A DNA stretch of 64,000 bases from Macrostomum lignano (Eukaryota), in the NCBI GenBank assembly GCA_002269645.1, contig NIVC01000922.1, positions 62,001 through 126,000 of the forward strand, in the 5' to 3' direction. Shown piece by piece: positions 33,373 to 63,011 of the stretch (positions are counted from its first letter, which is position 1; each line of letters opens with the position of its first letter). Under the pieces are notes generated by a model. That model was not told the DNA's origin. It searched no databases and was given only the letters and a program-made list of their open reading frames with translations. The translations under genes were made by a program, and so were the position numbers.

Positions 33373-36300
33373 ATGACGAAGCCGCCCGAGTTCCAGCCTC
33401 CGAAGTCTCTATGCAGCGACAATTCAGACGCTGTATCAACAGCTCTGGTCACCTTTGCCGGCCGGACTAGCGCTCACGGTGTTCGCCGGCTCATTCAAGA
33501 CGACAATTTGCACCGAGCAGTCTGGTGCTGCCTCATCGCTGCAGGCTTCTGCGGTTTCTGCGTGCACCTCAGCCAGCTGGTCAGTCGCTACCTGATGTAT
33601 CCGGTCAGCACCGAGTTCCTCACCGACGAAGTCGATCTGCAGTTTCCGGCTGTCACCATCTGTCCAACAGGGTTCATCCTGGAAAGTGGCGCAGTTATTG
33701 CTAGCAACTTCACCATTAAAGGTGAGGAGTCTCATGGCAATTTAGTGGGGGCCGCATCTCTGATGCGGGGCGCCAGTACCAGGGGCGCCAGCAGCCAGGG
33801 GCGCCAGCATCCGGGGCCCCAGCACCCGGGGCGCCAGCAACAGGGGCATCAGCACCAGGGACCCTGAGCTATCTACCAGCAAAGCTGAGTATCGCAAAGT
33901 CGGAGGGCAGATGTAACTCTTTCCTTGACGTTCTATACTTTAAAGGTTTCTAGGAAACAAAGTCATGTATTTATAATAAATATGACGGAACGAATTAAGT
34001 AAAACTATTCTGCTCTATCAATCAAACAGTCTCAAATTTGACCTTTCAACCCTTCTTCAAAAATTCGCAGGCAAGCCACGAGGCTTAACCCATATGATCT
34101 ACGACGTTCCCCGTCTGTTCCACCAACTGCAACTGCCAACAGACTTCAATTCTAGCGTCCCAATTGAAGCCTTCGACGCCTATGAGGACGGCAAGCTGGC
34201 GTTGAAAAGTGTCGCCTATCGTAACGCCGAAGTGTTTCAACAGGCACACGAGACGGTGCTGTACTGCAGGTACAACTCCGAGGCATGCAGCTATCGGAAT
34301 TTCTCCATCTATAAAGACGAGCAAAGGTGAGAACATGCTGGGTATAAGACAGCTCGCGAGCTAATTATAGTACGCTCGTAAAAGGACTTTCTTTGGTCAA
34401 CTTGTCTCAGATTGCTTTCGTGGAAACTTGTCAGGTGTGAGTCTGCAAGTCTACGGGGGCAGTGACCTATACCATTAATACTTGACTAAATGAATAGCTC
34501 ATCAATCATTCATTCAATCAATCAATCAAACTTTGGTTAGCTCGTGACTTTGGAAGTACACTTTTTCGAATTGGTTTTTCTCATTTGCATGTTTAATATT
34601 TTATATCGAACTTTCTTGAGAGCTGAGTGCCGAAAAGTTGAAAAAACACCTCATTTATACTCAGCAACACTGAAAAGTCGCCACTCTATGCGCCAGTGAG
34701 CGATTTCTCTTGGACTATTCTAAAAATAAAAGACACGAGAAAACTGATCGGGGTAGTTTTAATCCGTCCAACCCTCGCACACCGCTCCACCGACTTCATT
34801 CCTCAACTCAAGTCTGCCGCGGCGTAGCTGAGTTGCGTCACTCGCAAAGATTGAGAGACTTTTTACCTGCACTCTCAAAGTGACAACCACAGACGGAATC
34901 TTCTGTGATAGCGACTTTTCGATGTTGCTGCAGAGTACTGCTTGTATTATAAAAAGTGGTCAAGTAAAAAATATGTTGCAGTGCGTGGGCTGCAAGTGCC
35001 TTATCAGTCGGAAAGCTCTGCAAGCCGACCAGGTGCTCAAGGTGCATTTGAGTCTTATGTAAGTACTTGAAGCCCTCAGTGCACAAACGGAAATCGGCAA
35101 CACCTTATTCGGAAGGCAAGCACAGGAAGCAGAAATAGAAGCATTTGCAGGAAAAGGGGAAAGAAATGTGAAAGCTGCGGCCCCCACACAGAGGTCCATG
35201 TCAAGGTGATTTTTGAGACTATAAATACGGCAGCCCTGCAGAAAGCCCATGGCAAAAACAACCCAGTATTCTCTAGATAAATCTGCTGTCCAGTCAAGTA
35301 ACAGAATGCTCTGCAGCGAAAATCTTCTGCTGCTTGCGCTCGTGAGCAGCTGCTGCTGCCTTCAGTCCCTGTCTGCCAGGCGCTTCGGCCCTCAGCCCGC
35401 ATCCTTCAGAGCGCTGAGTCGCCCAGCTCAGTCCGGAGTATCCAGCGCGCTCCGCAGTCAGCTGGGGCAGCTGGCTTCGCCCCTGCCTGGCGGAGTCGTC
35501 TGCCCGACGTGTCTGCTGGTGGCACCGCAAGCCAGCAGTCGGCTGGTTCAGGGCTCGGTGGCCCGGCAGGAGTTGCAGCAGGCCATCAGGTCTCGCGGAC
35601 TGCCTCAGGAGGTGGCGAACCGCCTGGCTGCCCTGGCCTTCGCTCGCTCCGTCTCCTTCCACACGTTCTCTTTCACCGTGAGCGCCCTGGTCGGCCGTGG
35701 CCACTACGAGACCTTCGTCGGGGCTGGCCGGCGCCTCGACGATGTCAGCGTGGAGTTCGGCATCGTGCACAGCGTCGCCACCGCCCAGCTGGTTGCCAAG
35801 ACAACGCCTGTGCCGATGCGAAGCTGCAAGCGCCGGTGGTTCATCAGGAGGTGCCGCTCCTGGACGCAGCAGGTGCCGCGGGGCCTCACGGCCGAGGAGC
35901 TGCGGCAGGTGGAGGCTGGGCTGAGGCACTTCGCCATCGCTGCCGCGGCAAGTCGGGTGGCCGCCAGCTCCGGCATGCTGCGCAGCCGCCGATCCGCCGA
36001 GGAGGTCGCCAGCGATGCTCCCGAGGCACCGGAGGTGGTGGAAGAACTGCAGCTGGAGGTTTCGACGACCGCAGGCCCAACGGCTGCAACCTCGGAGAAC
36101 GGCGGCAACGCCACGCTGGTGGAGCTGGTCAGAACCGGATTCGACCGCCTGGCCATTTCCGCTACCAGCCAGACTCTGCGCCGCATCCCAGTCTCCATGG
36201 CAACCGCCTTCGCCTCCGTGTTCACCCGCTCGCTCGGGCTGCCGAAGTCTCTCGCCGGGCCTCTCAGAGTCGCCGTGATCGAAGCGGCCGTGACAGCGAC

Positions 36301-39300
36301 AGCTGACGGCGCACTGAAGCAGATCAGCGCGCTGTTCAACAGCGAGGACGACCCCGCCGCCATCCGCTTCATCCAGTTAGGCCTCGTTCGGCGACAGAGC
36401 AGCTTCGACTTGACCTCGGCGACTGTCCGACTGGAGGCCCGGTTCGCCGACAGACTGCAGCTGCTGGTCAGTCAGGAAGGCGACGACGAAGTCATTCGAA
36501 TCCGACGGCTGCCTGCTCAGGTGAGTCACCACGACGTTCGGCAGGCGCTGCGGCTGCTGCGGGCCGCCGCTGAGGGCCACCTTTCCGGGAAACTGCTGCC
36601 GGCGCTTCCGGAGGAGAGCCGGCGTTTCTAGGAAAGTCTTAAATTGAACCCGCGCCAACTGCCTGCAATGGAACTTAAACTGTTTATCTTGCCGATCTTA
36701 CATTAATTGATCTTTAATACGAGCATTGCAGAATCTGTCAGCTGCGATTTCAAGCACCATATTGTACCTGCACGTAATAATGACCATCTTAATTTCGGAA
36801 TGAAAAGTAAATTTAAGCCCAAATTACCCCAATTTGATTATAAAATTGAACTTTAAACTGTGCCGTTTTATTTTTTATTATTTCAAAATTCAAGTATAGC
36901 TTAGTGGGTATTCCTAGTTCCAACAATGTACATGCATATCTCATTTGACAGTGACTATACTCTTGCACACTTACTTGCTGATCTGCTTTTTAACCTCTTG
37001 TACATGCATCAAAATTCCTGCCACTATTTAGAGATGTGAGGGACACTTCTTTTTAATCGGCCTGTCTATTAGTAACGACTGGCTGACCGTGGTGGTTTGT
37101 TTTGGGTTTATCGATTTTTTTTAGTCCGTCTCTCAACCCCACTTATTTATTTCCTTTCCATGCCCTTAATCACATTTTATCACTGCTTACTGGCTCAGGA
37201 CAGTCCCACTGACTGAGCGAGCGGGTTTCTTAGGACTATCGATTTTTTTATTTGATAGTCTGTCTGCCCTCCTCCCCCACAGTTGTCTTACCCTATCCTA
37301 ACCGTACTTTATCACTGCTTATTGGCTCAGGACAGTCCCACTGACTGAGCGAGCGGGTTTCTTGGGCTATCGATTTTTTATTTGATATTCTGCCCCTCCT
37401 CCCCCACAGCTGTCTTACCCAATCCGAACCCTACTTTATCACTGCAATACTGGCTCCCATTATCGACTGATAAAGAGAGCGGCTTTCTTAGGGTTATCGA
37501 TTTTTTATTTGACGGTTTGCCCCTCCTCCGCTCCAGTTGTATCTTACCCCATCCCAATCCCAACCCTACTTTATCACTGCTAACTGGTGTTGTTGTGAAT
37601 TGGGTTTTCTTTTAATTTCCTGACATACACTAAGCAAAATGTTAGTTTCCTCACTGAAACCAGTTACCAGTAGTCATTTTTGGTCAATTTTTCTCAGATA
37701 TCAGCCCCAAGTGACGCAATTAAAAACACGCACACGGTTCTCGTCGGAACTGGTGGGTGATACAATTTGCATCACCAATCTGTGTGACACAAGCGTTGCA
37801 ACTGCATGCTAGTCACAGTCAACTCAGCTTAACTTGCAGTCTATTGACTCTGCAATTCTCGTATTATTACTGTCTATTAAATTATTTCTCTATTTTTATA
37901 GCTGCACTGTCACGTTATTGGCGTAGCAGTGGCGATAGCCCTCAAAAGGGCCGTTTGACGAGAGTACTGACGTTATTACTTAGTCCCAAAAGGATGGTGA
38001 ACTCAACAATGGCAGAGTAGATTTTGTAGCGGTAGCACTTGGCAATGGCGGTAGGTAAAAAAAAGACGCCAACTGGTTTATAATTATCAATGTTAATATT
38101 ATTACAGAAGCTTATGACGTTATGGGGCACTGGCGGCTGCAACAATGGGTTGATGTAATTTAGTCGTATAGATGAAAGTTGAGTAGATGATGATAATTGG
38201 GATGAAGCCGAGTAGCAAGTGATGGCTGTGAGCACAGTGATGGCAGTGAGCAGCAAGTAGGCAACAGACAAAGTGGCGAGATTGGGCGTCGGCCCGTAGC
38301 AGTACACAGTGGAGCAAGAGTGCGTAGACAGTCTGGCCCAGACAGAGTGGAGCCGTGGCGAGAGATAAGGAGAGCGAGGAAGCCAAAGAAAGTGAAAAAA
38401 AAACCCAGCCCGCCGCCAGGCGGGGTTAATAAAGGAGCGCAGGAGGGTTAACATAATATATGCGGAGAGTTATCATTGGCTGGCGAGGGAAAAACAAGAA
38501 ACGGAAATTATTGATGGCGCGAGACTCTACAGGCGTACGCAAAGCTTACAAAGTACGCAGTGATTTAGCAATTGATACAGATTAGTTGCGCGCTACTACA
38601 AGTAAACGTGAGAATACACAACTGGAAATTTTAAATGAAAAATTGTAAGGAAAATTACAGTCCAACGGCCCTTTTGCGGGACCACTTTAAACTAGCAACG
38701 TCACAGCACTGTATTTGTGGCATCATTTAAATAAGACAATATATACTCGGCAACATCGAAGTCGCTATCACAGAAGATTCCGTCTGTGGTTGTCACTTTG
38801 AGAGTGCAGGTATAGTCTCTCAATCTTTGCTACTTAAAACTTACCCCGATCAGTTTTCTCGTATCTTTTTTTTCAGAATAGTCCTAGATAAATTGCTCAC
38901 TGGCGCATAGAGTGGCGACTTTTCAGTGTTGCCGAGTATACGTACGAGCAAAAACCAAAATTTCGAATCAGTTTGGTAGCAAAAACGACCTTTACTGCAG
39001 GTTTATCTGCCTGACCTTCAGTCCGGTCAATCGCACTGTAGTTCAACCGGGCGAAGGCAACGGACTTTACCTGCTATTGCACAGCAATGCAACCGCATTT
39101 TTAACCAACGAACAACTGCTGGATTCGATGAATGGCTTCAAAGTGGTGCTGCATGAGCCAGGTGAACTGATATTACTGCACTCGGTTAAAGAGGCAAACT
39201 TTAATTTATTGACTAAGAATCACTAGCTACTACTTCCTGCTACGAGCGTATTAGCAACATCTTTCCAATAAATAAATGTAGGTGAAAAGCCTGACTTCAG

Positions 39301-41878
39301 CTATTCGTTTAACGCGCCACTGGGCTACAAAACTTCGGCTCAACTGCAATCCAGCATCGATTACAACATCGACCGAGTGCCTTCGCCGTGCTGTGAGAAG
39401 CTGCCCAACGCCACCTACACCTGGGACTATTCCAGACCTGGCGACTTTGAGAACGTCACGTTTTTTGGCACTCTGCAGGATTGCATCATTCGAGCTAAGC
39501 AGAAGGAGTTTGCTGAAACCTGCGGATGTTTGGGCACCCATCTGGCCTTGCCAGCTGACATGCTGACGGTTTGGCCTCCCTGCCATCAGCTGCCTGAGGA
39601 GGTGGGTTGTCGCGGATAGAGACATCAGGTGCATGAGGAAGTGGGTTGTCAGGGATAGAGAGAGACATCAGCTGCCTGAGGAGGTGGGTTGTCGCGGATA
39701 GAGAGAGACATCAGCTGCCTGAGGAGGTGGGTTGTCGCGGATAGAGAGAGACATCAGGTGCATGAGGAGGTGGGTTGTCACGGATAGAGAGAGACATCGG
39801 GTGCATGAGGAAGTGGGTTGTCAGGGATAGAGAGACATTAGCTGCCTGAGGAGGTGGGTTGTCACGGATAGAGAGAGACATCAGGTGCATGAGGAAGTGG
39901 GTTGTCAGGGATAGAGAGACATTAGCTGCCTGAGGAGGTGGGTTGTCACGGATAGAGAGAGACATCAGGTGCATGAGGAAGTGGGTTGTCAGGGATAGAG
40001 AGGGACATCAGCAGACTGACGAGCTGGGTTGTCAGGGCTAGAGAGAGGCATCAGCTGCCTGAGGAGGTACATGTTAAGGCATGGCAGATTAAACCAGTGA
40101 ATAGTTATCAAAAATAACAATGCTGCAAGAAATCAATTTGACGTTCCTACCAACACTATCATTTGACTGCAGTTTTTCTATCGTGATGTATATTTCGAGT
40201 CCGACAACTTGTCGACAGTTTTCTACACTATTACCAATTCGAGCTGGGTGTACTTCCCACTGTCCGACTACCTGGTTGAGCAGAGACCTATCTATGAAGA
40301 AATTGCTCGTCGCTTCACTTGCTACAAACGAGTCCACGAGAGACAGAGGACTTCGGGTCTGTCAACCGACTGTAAACATCGCTGTCTCACTACTGAGCAC
40401 AATGTGGTCACTACGCTGGCCGCCTGGCCCTCCGTCAACTCAAACTGGGATACTAACGAACAGGTGCTGAAGGCCTACCTAAACAGACTGATACAACTGG
40501 TTAGAGAGGATAATTTAACTGTGTCAAGATTGCAGCGCGTATACGACGAGCTGGCGCAGAGGCTCAGCCAGCACCAGTTCACGGTGGTCGACCTCTATCC
40601 AAGATCGATTCGGGCCACTGTATCCCGTGAAGACTGGGCCTACCCGCTCAGGAACCTTTTCTCAGATTTAGGCGGCATTTTTGGTGAGTAGGTAGATCAT
40701 AACCATGTCATATAGACAGCTTACTTAGTTACTACTACAGGCGGCGGGGGCGCAGGCGCCACGATTAGACTCATCTCGCAACCCCAAGGTGAAAGAAACC
40801 AAGGTTGAACCCCTTAGTCCCCGCAGTCCCCGCAGTCCCCGCCAGTAGTCGGCAGGATTGCAGAGGAGGCATGACGACCTTCATCCGGCCTGTATCTCGG
40901 ACGAAGGCGCGAAGATCGCGGATGTTGTCTTGGGTGGTCAACTCGTCCATCCTTTGGGGGTGGCCGAGGTGTTTGTGCCGCACCTTATCGAAGTATTCTC
41001 CGCAGTCTCCTCTCCAATGCCATAGAAGACGATGGGGTAAACAGTTCGCAACGAGATATATCTATGGAAGAATCCATGGCCGGTAGGACTATGCACATCT
41101 CCCTGAGGTCCGTTCTCCTTGCCGTTAGTTCCAAAATCGACCCCCAGCGCCATCCTAAGCGAGCAATTTGCTTGCAGGAAGTTTGTCGACATCGGGAGAG
41201 CTTTTGAGAATGTTCTCTGTAGCACATAGACTACTTTAACACTACTGCGTACACAGAGCATAACTTAGAAACTACTGTAGTTGTCAAGACTTTTAAGCTG
41301 ATTTCTGTCTAGATCTGTCACCTAAACCTCTAGAGCATGAAGTGAGAGTTACCAGCAAACCTAGAATCGCTCAAACCGACCCATAACCTTTGAGGGACAA
41401 AATTCATCAGATACGAGCGTACAAGCATGTCTATGACTTAAAGTGCGGCACGCTTGCCTTTACAGGACTGTGGATCGGTGTATCCATCATTACCCTAATC
41501 GAGGTTATCGAGCTAATGGTCCAAGTCACCTATTACAGTCTGGTAAAATGGAACATTCGGCGAACTAGAAATGCCAAAGGTAGCAACAATAACAACAGGA
41601 TTCATCCTTGCTCAACCGTATCCAGCGTGCTTAACAGTCGCAAAGTTTCAGACGCGACCATCAGCTCCGAAAACAGCTGCTGCAGTCACTATGAGCCGCC
41701 CAGAGATATCTACTCAAATCCAATTGTAGAATCGGATCTGCCTTCTAAGCAGCAGATACCGGACAACCAGCCTGTCGCGATAGCGAATTCTGGCGGTGGA
41801 TTCAAAAGCACGGACGACCCGAACTTTGATGTGATCAGGTACAATCAGTCATGGTTCCAGCGACTGTTCGCTCTGTGA
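33373..41878 (+). CDS. DEG/ENaC family sodium channel subunit, paralog B (669 aa, 6 exons)
   Basis: Exons 33373-33721, 34071-34326, 39001-39161, 39282-39601, 40173-40683, 41466-41878 total 2010 nt. [35 protein letters not shown]2 [14 protein letters not shown]. Confidence 0.92.
34658..34937. mobile_element. TA-flanked MITE (Tc1/mariner type), copy 1, with an approx. 80-bp internal insertion and a degenerate right TIR
   Basis: Begins TA|TACTCAGCAACACTGAAAAGTCGC; reverse-complement homolog of 38744-38938. Confidence 0.8.
35306..36631 (+). CDS. Intronless secreted protein of unknown function (441 aa), nested in channel B intron 2
   Basis: GC-rich ORF; TATAAATA at 35220-35227 favours ATG 35306 over 35249. 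Signal-peptide-like [24 protein letters not shown]; furin-like RSRR site mid-protein. Confidence 0.75.
   Translation: MLCSENLLLLALVSSCCCLQSLSARRFGPQPASFRALSRPAQSGVSSALRSQLGQLASPLPGGVVCPTCLLVAPQASSRLVQGSVARQELQQAIRSRGLPQEVANRLAALAFARSVSFHTFSFTVSALVGRGHYETFVGAGRRLDDVSVEFGIVHSVATAQLVAKTTPVPMRSCKRRWFIRRCRSWTQQVPRGLTAEELRQVEAGLRHFAIAAAASRVAASSGMLRSRRSAEEVASDAPEAPEVVEELQLEVSTTAGPTAATSENGGNATLVELVRTGFDRLAISATSQTLRRIPVSMATAFASVFTRSLGLPKSLAGPLRVAVIEAAVTATADGALKQISALFNSEDDPAAIRFIQLGLVRRQSSFDLTSATVRLEARFADRLQLLVSQEGDDEVIRIRRLPAQVSHHDVRQALRLLRAAAEGHLSGKLLPALPEESRRF
37085..37590. repeat. Diverged tandem repeat of about 130 bp (about 4 copies)
   Basis: Recurring CTATCGATTTTTT...CCCTCCTCCCCCACAG...ACTTTATCACTGC...GAGCGGGTTTCTT. 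Confidence 0.8.
37927..38686. mobile_element. Possible degenerate TIR element
   Basis: CAAAAGGGCCGTTTGAC near 37942 is inverted at about 38660-38676; ends imperfect, no TSD confirmed. Confidence 0.3.
38744..38938. mobile_element. TA-flanked MITE, copy 2 (195 bp), inverted relative to copy 1
   Basis: TIRs TACTCGGCAACA / TGTTGCCGAGTA with TA on both sides; ends about 60 nt before the channel B exon 3 acceptor. Confidence 0.88.
39587..40067 (+). repeat. 41-43-bp minisatellite built from the exon 4 end plus donor of channel B
   Basis: Unit CAGCTGCCTGAGGAGGTGGGTTGTC..GGATAGAGAGAGACAT, homologous to the 28027-28410 array. Confidence 0.9.
40740..41235 (-). mobile_element. Decayed 3' fragment of a non-LTR retrotransposon (I/R1/Loa-like C-terminus)
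   Basis: Frame-shifted pieces CRQT..., [37 protein letters not shown] resemble LINE ORF2 ends; lies in the last intron of channel B. Confidence 0.6.
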
Positions 41879-43447
41879 TCTCCCAGCATGAGTCACTCTT
41901 CATTCTTAAAGCATCAACGATAATTGAAGTAAACTAAACAAAGAGAAGTATACTTATTTGACATATATTTATCTTAGGATAGTGTTTTTTCGCGTTTAAA
42001 CTTCCTCGATAAACTATCGAGTAACTGCGTCGAGCGTCGGAAAATGGGACGATTTACAATTTGTAGTCAATTATTACTTTTATTAGATTAATATTATATT
42101 CGATTAATTCTACCTGGATTCGTGAATATAACTGAAATTATTAATAATACACACCCGTAGAGATTAACTGTGGCTGGCCGTTGTTTTTCGTTGTTCAAAG
42201 GCAACTTTTCATATTTTCGGTAGTTTTTTACCACTGATATAGAAAGTTGATGACACGGAAAGCCTCTCTATCCGGCCCTCGAATTCTTTGAAACTTTACC
42301 ATAGCAATCCGACCCGCTCAATGTTCGCATCTTCTCAGTTCTCTTCTCTCTTCTCCATTATATCTCTCCTCTTATCTCATCCCTCATCTCTCATCTCCAA
42401 GCTCCTATTTCCTCTTCTCTCTTTCTTCCCTTTCTAGCCCACCACACAAGTAGTCCAATCGCGGTTTAAAAAAGTAACAAAATAAAATTTCACGACGTTT
42501 AAAGTTTTGAGTGCATTGATTTTGTCAGAAGTTTACAAACAGACCTTTGTGGTGGTATTAATATTTAGTACAATAAGTAGGCAAATAAACAATAAACATA
42601 CTGGAACTCTGAGATTTTGGGATATTGGCAAGGATTAAAACAGGGAATTTTACTATAAGTAAGGAAATCATTACATTGAAAAAAGAAAAGAGAGTTAATT
42701 GTAAGCCAACAAAGGCTACTGTTGTTGTAATAAATTTGTTTTAATAAATTTCTAGAGCACGCAAACTAAAAAAAAACACTCCGGATTAAATGTGGAAACA
42801 TCAACGTACGAAAGCAAGCTTTTTGCGTTTTAAATATAAGAAAGCGGATGCCACCATCAACTTTAAGAAAATTATTAAAAGTATTTAAGACATCTACGCT
42901 CGTATAAATACATTGCATCGTCGCAATATAACCGCAATATAAATAAAAGACACAAAACATACGCTTAAAATTTCTAAGTGTACCACTAATACAATCAAAT
43001 ATATAGCAACATACGGTCGCAATATGTACCGTAAAAAATAAAAAGCAAAATTATAAAGTGGTGCCAACTTTGTTTTATTTACTTCAAGTATTTACTTATG
43101 AATTAATTCAAATAACAACAAAAATAAGAGTAGATACAGTAGCTTCTAATAAATAATTAGCTATGATATTCAAGCTGAATAGTAAGATTTCAAATATGAA
43201 TTTTTAATTAATCAACTTTTCCAAGCAGTGCAGGTTAATCGGTTGTGAACTTCAAACAATATTCATGCTTCAAAGGCCAATAACAGCGAGTAGACTACAA
43301 AGACACCGACTTTATTAATTATCACCATACCCTCCCTCACAGACTTACTGATTTAAATAAAAAGCCTCTTATATGTACCGCTTGGCCATAAAACGTTCAG
43401 AAGTTTGAAATACAACATTGTCAGCGAAAATTTATCACTTATCAATC

Positions 43448-60340
<16,893 letters not shown>

Positions 60341-62266
60341 GATGTTTTTATATAGGACCAATTCATTTTTAAACAATTTTCCCTTGAACTGAAGCTTACG
60401 CTTTGACCTGTATCGAAAACAATGGCGCAGTGTTTTTTAGAAACTGCTACTTTATATTAATATATCAAGATGTTAATTAGTCTGTATATAGCTATAAAAA
60501 ATATACCATATTTACAAGAGCATACTTTTCAAAAGCTTACTTCAAAAGGCAAATCTAAATCATTCAAAAAAATTATAAGTTCTCCTAACTACCTAGCTAA
60601 AATGCAGTCATTTTTCAAAGAGTTTATTAATTTTTTCTTCAAAAATGTAACTACCAATTTTTAATGAATTCTTTATCATGATTAAAGGTAATTCATTCAA
60701 GGAAATACAATCTATAATGCTAGTAAGATGTCAACATTGCTTACGATGTTTCGCTCTCATCACCATTTGACTCTTCGATTCGTTTTTTGTATCGACAAAA
60801 CATGCTTCAAGTACATTCGTGTAGCTTATTTTCCCGACGACACGTGCTAATAGTTTAGAATTGATCGTTAAAAATTAAAAATATATTATTTATTTAAAAA
60901 AAATGTAACTAGTAAAAATAAACGGACTAGTACTACTGCATTTACTGCAATTATAAAATAAAAGCATTGACAGAAAAAATTACTTGTGCATTCTTGTTTC
61001 TCGTTAGCTTTCCTACGAATAAAAATAATTTGCAGTTTTGCATTTGTTAAACAGTAAAAGTTTAACTCCGGATTATTTCAGTAAAAAATGGACATTGCAA
61101 ATTTCGCTCACAAAAGTGAAATTACTTTTTAAAATGCTGCCATAAATGGTATCCATTTTTAAATCCAAATCCGTACTATGAATACGCTTTCATTGGATAT
61201 ACCGTACTTGAATTCATACCGTACTTGAATTCAATATGAATTCAAGGTAAACTAAAAACGATACTAATGCATACGTTTATATTTACCAAACATTCACAGC
61301 TACAAATCAAACATCACGCCAAGGACCATTGTATATAGCTATATACAGTGGTCCTTGCATCATGCCTGTATAATAAAATTTGCTGTTTAATAAGGAGGGT
61401 AAGATAAGGTTTACGGGCGCAATTTCTAGTTATCTCTGATCAAAAGTCAATAAAGCCATATGCAATTTACAGCTTCTGTTTTACCCACTCTCTCGATCTA
61501 TTTGCTTGAGTAAATACAGCAGGTGGACCCAATCAAGTGTCTATGCAAGCTGATTTTCGTGTCCGACTCTGTCACCACTGAATACGCACATAGGTCTTTG
61601 GTCTTTACTGTGTCTGCTGTGTCCATGACCATACGAGTAAAACGCTTGGCAAAAAAGTTGGTTGCAATACATGTACATGTACATGACTTCCCTACCTATT
61701 CATCTGTTCAAAGGTTTGCTTATCGTCTAAATTAACCCTTAGGTGCTCTAACCAAACAAGATAGCCTCTGGAAATCTTTATCCAAATACCAAAAACGCGC
61801 TGAGGGGAAACAGTCGATTAGTCGTCGTATATGTTAATATCAAGTATTCGCTATTAGACTCTACCAAGATTTGATCGAATAAGATGCAGTCAAAGCTGCA
61901 TGGACGACTGGAAGATATAAAAGCAGGTTGCGTACTATACATATAATTTAAGGACTCAAGAAACTCAGCAAATGTCCCCCACAGCTATATTGATGGAAAA
62001 GTAGAAAATGGATATTTTCTGAACACTGGTAAATACCTTATTTGAAGGAATGCGGTCACTAAATTTGTACACTAATTCTGCCTGAAAATTTTAATGAAGC
62101 CACTTGCATAACTTTTTGACCGCCCCTCGTTCGCAGCCGAAAAGCTCAGAATTGGAAGTCTCTGGAAGCGGTAGATCGTTGCACCTCGCGACTATATTGC
62201 ATATTCTACATCGCAATCAACTAGTGACTGCGTCTGCCTAGGCCAACAAGCCAGCTACGTACGACA

Positions 62267-63011
62267 ATGTCCTTCGGCAGGAGCAACGAAGTCTCAATGG
62301 GAGGGCCATTTTTCCCTGACGACGCCAGCCGCGTCGAATTCCTGCTCGACCTGGCCGTGGACAGAGTTGATCAGTTGCTTGCGTTGAGTCGACGCCTCGG
62401 CCGGGAGCAGTCGACAGCCAGCGGCGGCACATAAGCTGGGTGACTGTGACGCAGTGGAGAATGACGATACAGTTTCGCCATTGCCGCAGCCAACTAACCC
62501 GTTGCTGATGTCATTCTACCTCCGCGCCTGTCGTTGCAGCTCTCTGATGACGCGGAATCTTCGATCGGCTGGGTACGACGTTAGCGATGTCGAGGAAGAC
62601 GGCCTGAACTGCCTGCACGCGTACTGCCTCGGCGTAGCATCGCAAACTGTGCCAGACGCAATCAAATTGTTTGTCCACCTGCGCAACGAGGTTTTCACTG
62701 CTGTCGAACTGCGTCGGATGACGCGTCAACCGTGCGGCATTGGATTGCTACCCTGCGAACTGCTCGTCTATCTGGGCAGGCCCGACGTGTTCAACGCAGT
62801 CACTCGGTGCGGCATCGCGCCGGCTCTCGAACGCTGGATCGATTCAGCTCAGAGCGTGCGTCGAATCGATCTCAGCCTGTACGATTTCGGCGAGAGAAGC
62901 GCCGTATCGCCGCTACTGTTGCTGGTTGACAGGTTCGGCAGAGGCAAACGATCGCTGGAGACGCTCCAACAGCAGGGTGTCTTCCGAGACCCATGCAGAC
63001 TCTTTACTTAG
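62267..63011 (+). CDS. Possible ankyrin-like protein, split into two frames (62267-62434 and about 62388-63011)
   Basis: GC-rich coding-like tract; GYDVSDVEEDGLNCLH resembles an ankyrin repeat core; upstream TATAAAA at about 61916; AATAAA at about 63084. Confidence 0.4.

Noticed and set aside
35306-36631. Nested gene as an RFamide precursor for a peptide-gated channel (ARRFG, terminal SRRF)
   Set aside because: RFG is followed by Pro rather than a basic cleavage site, the terminal RF has no amidating Gly, and there are no repeated peptide units.
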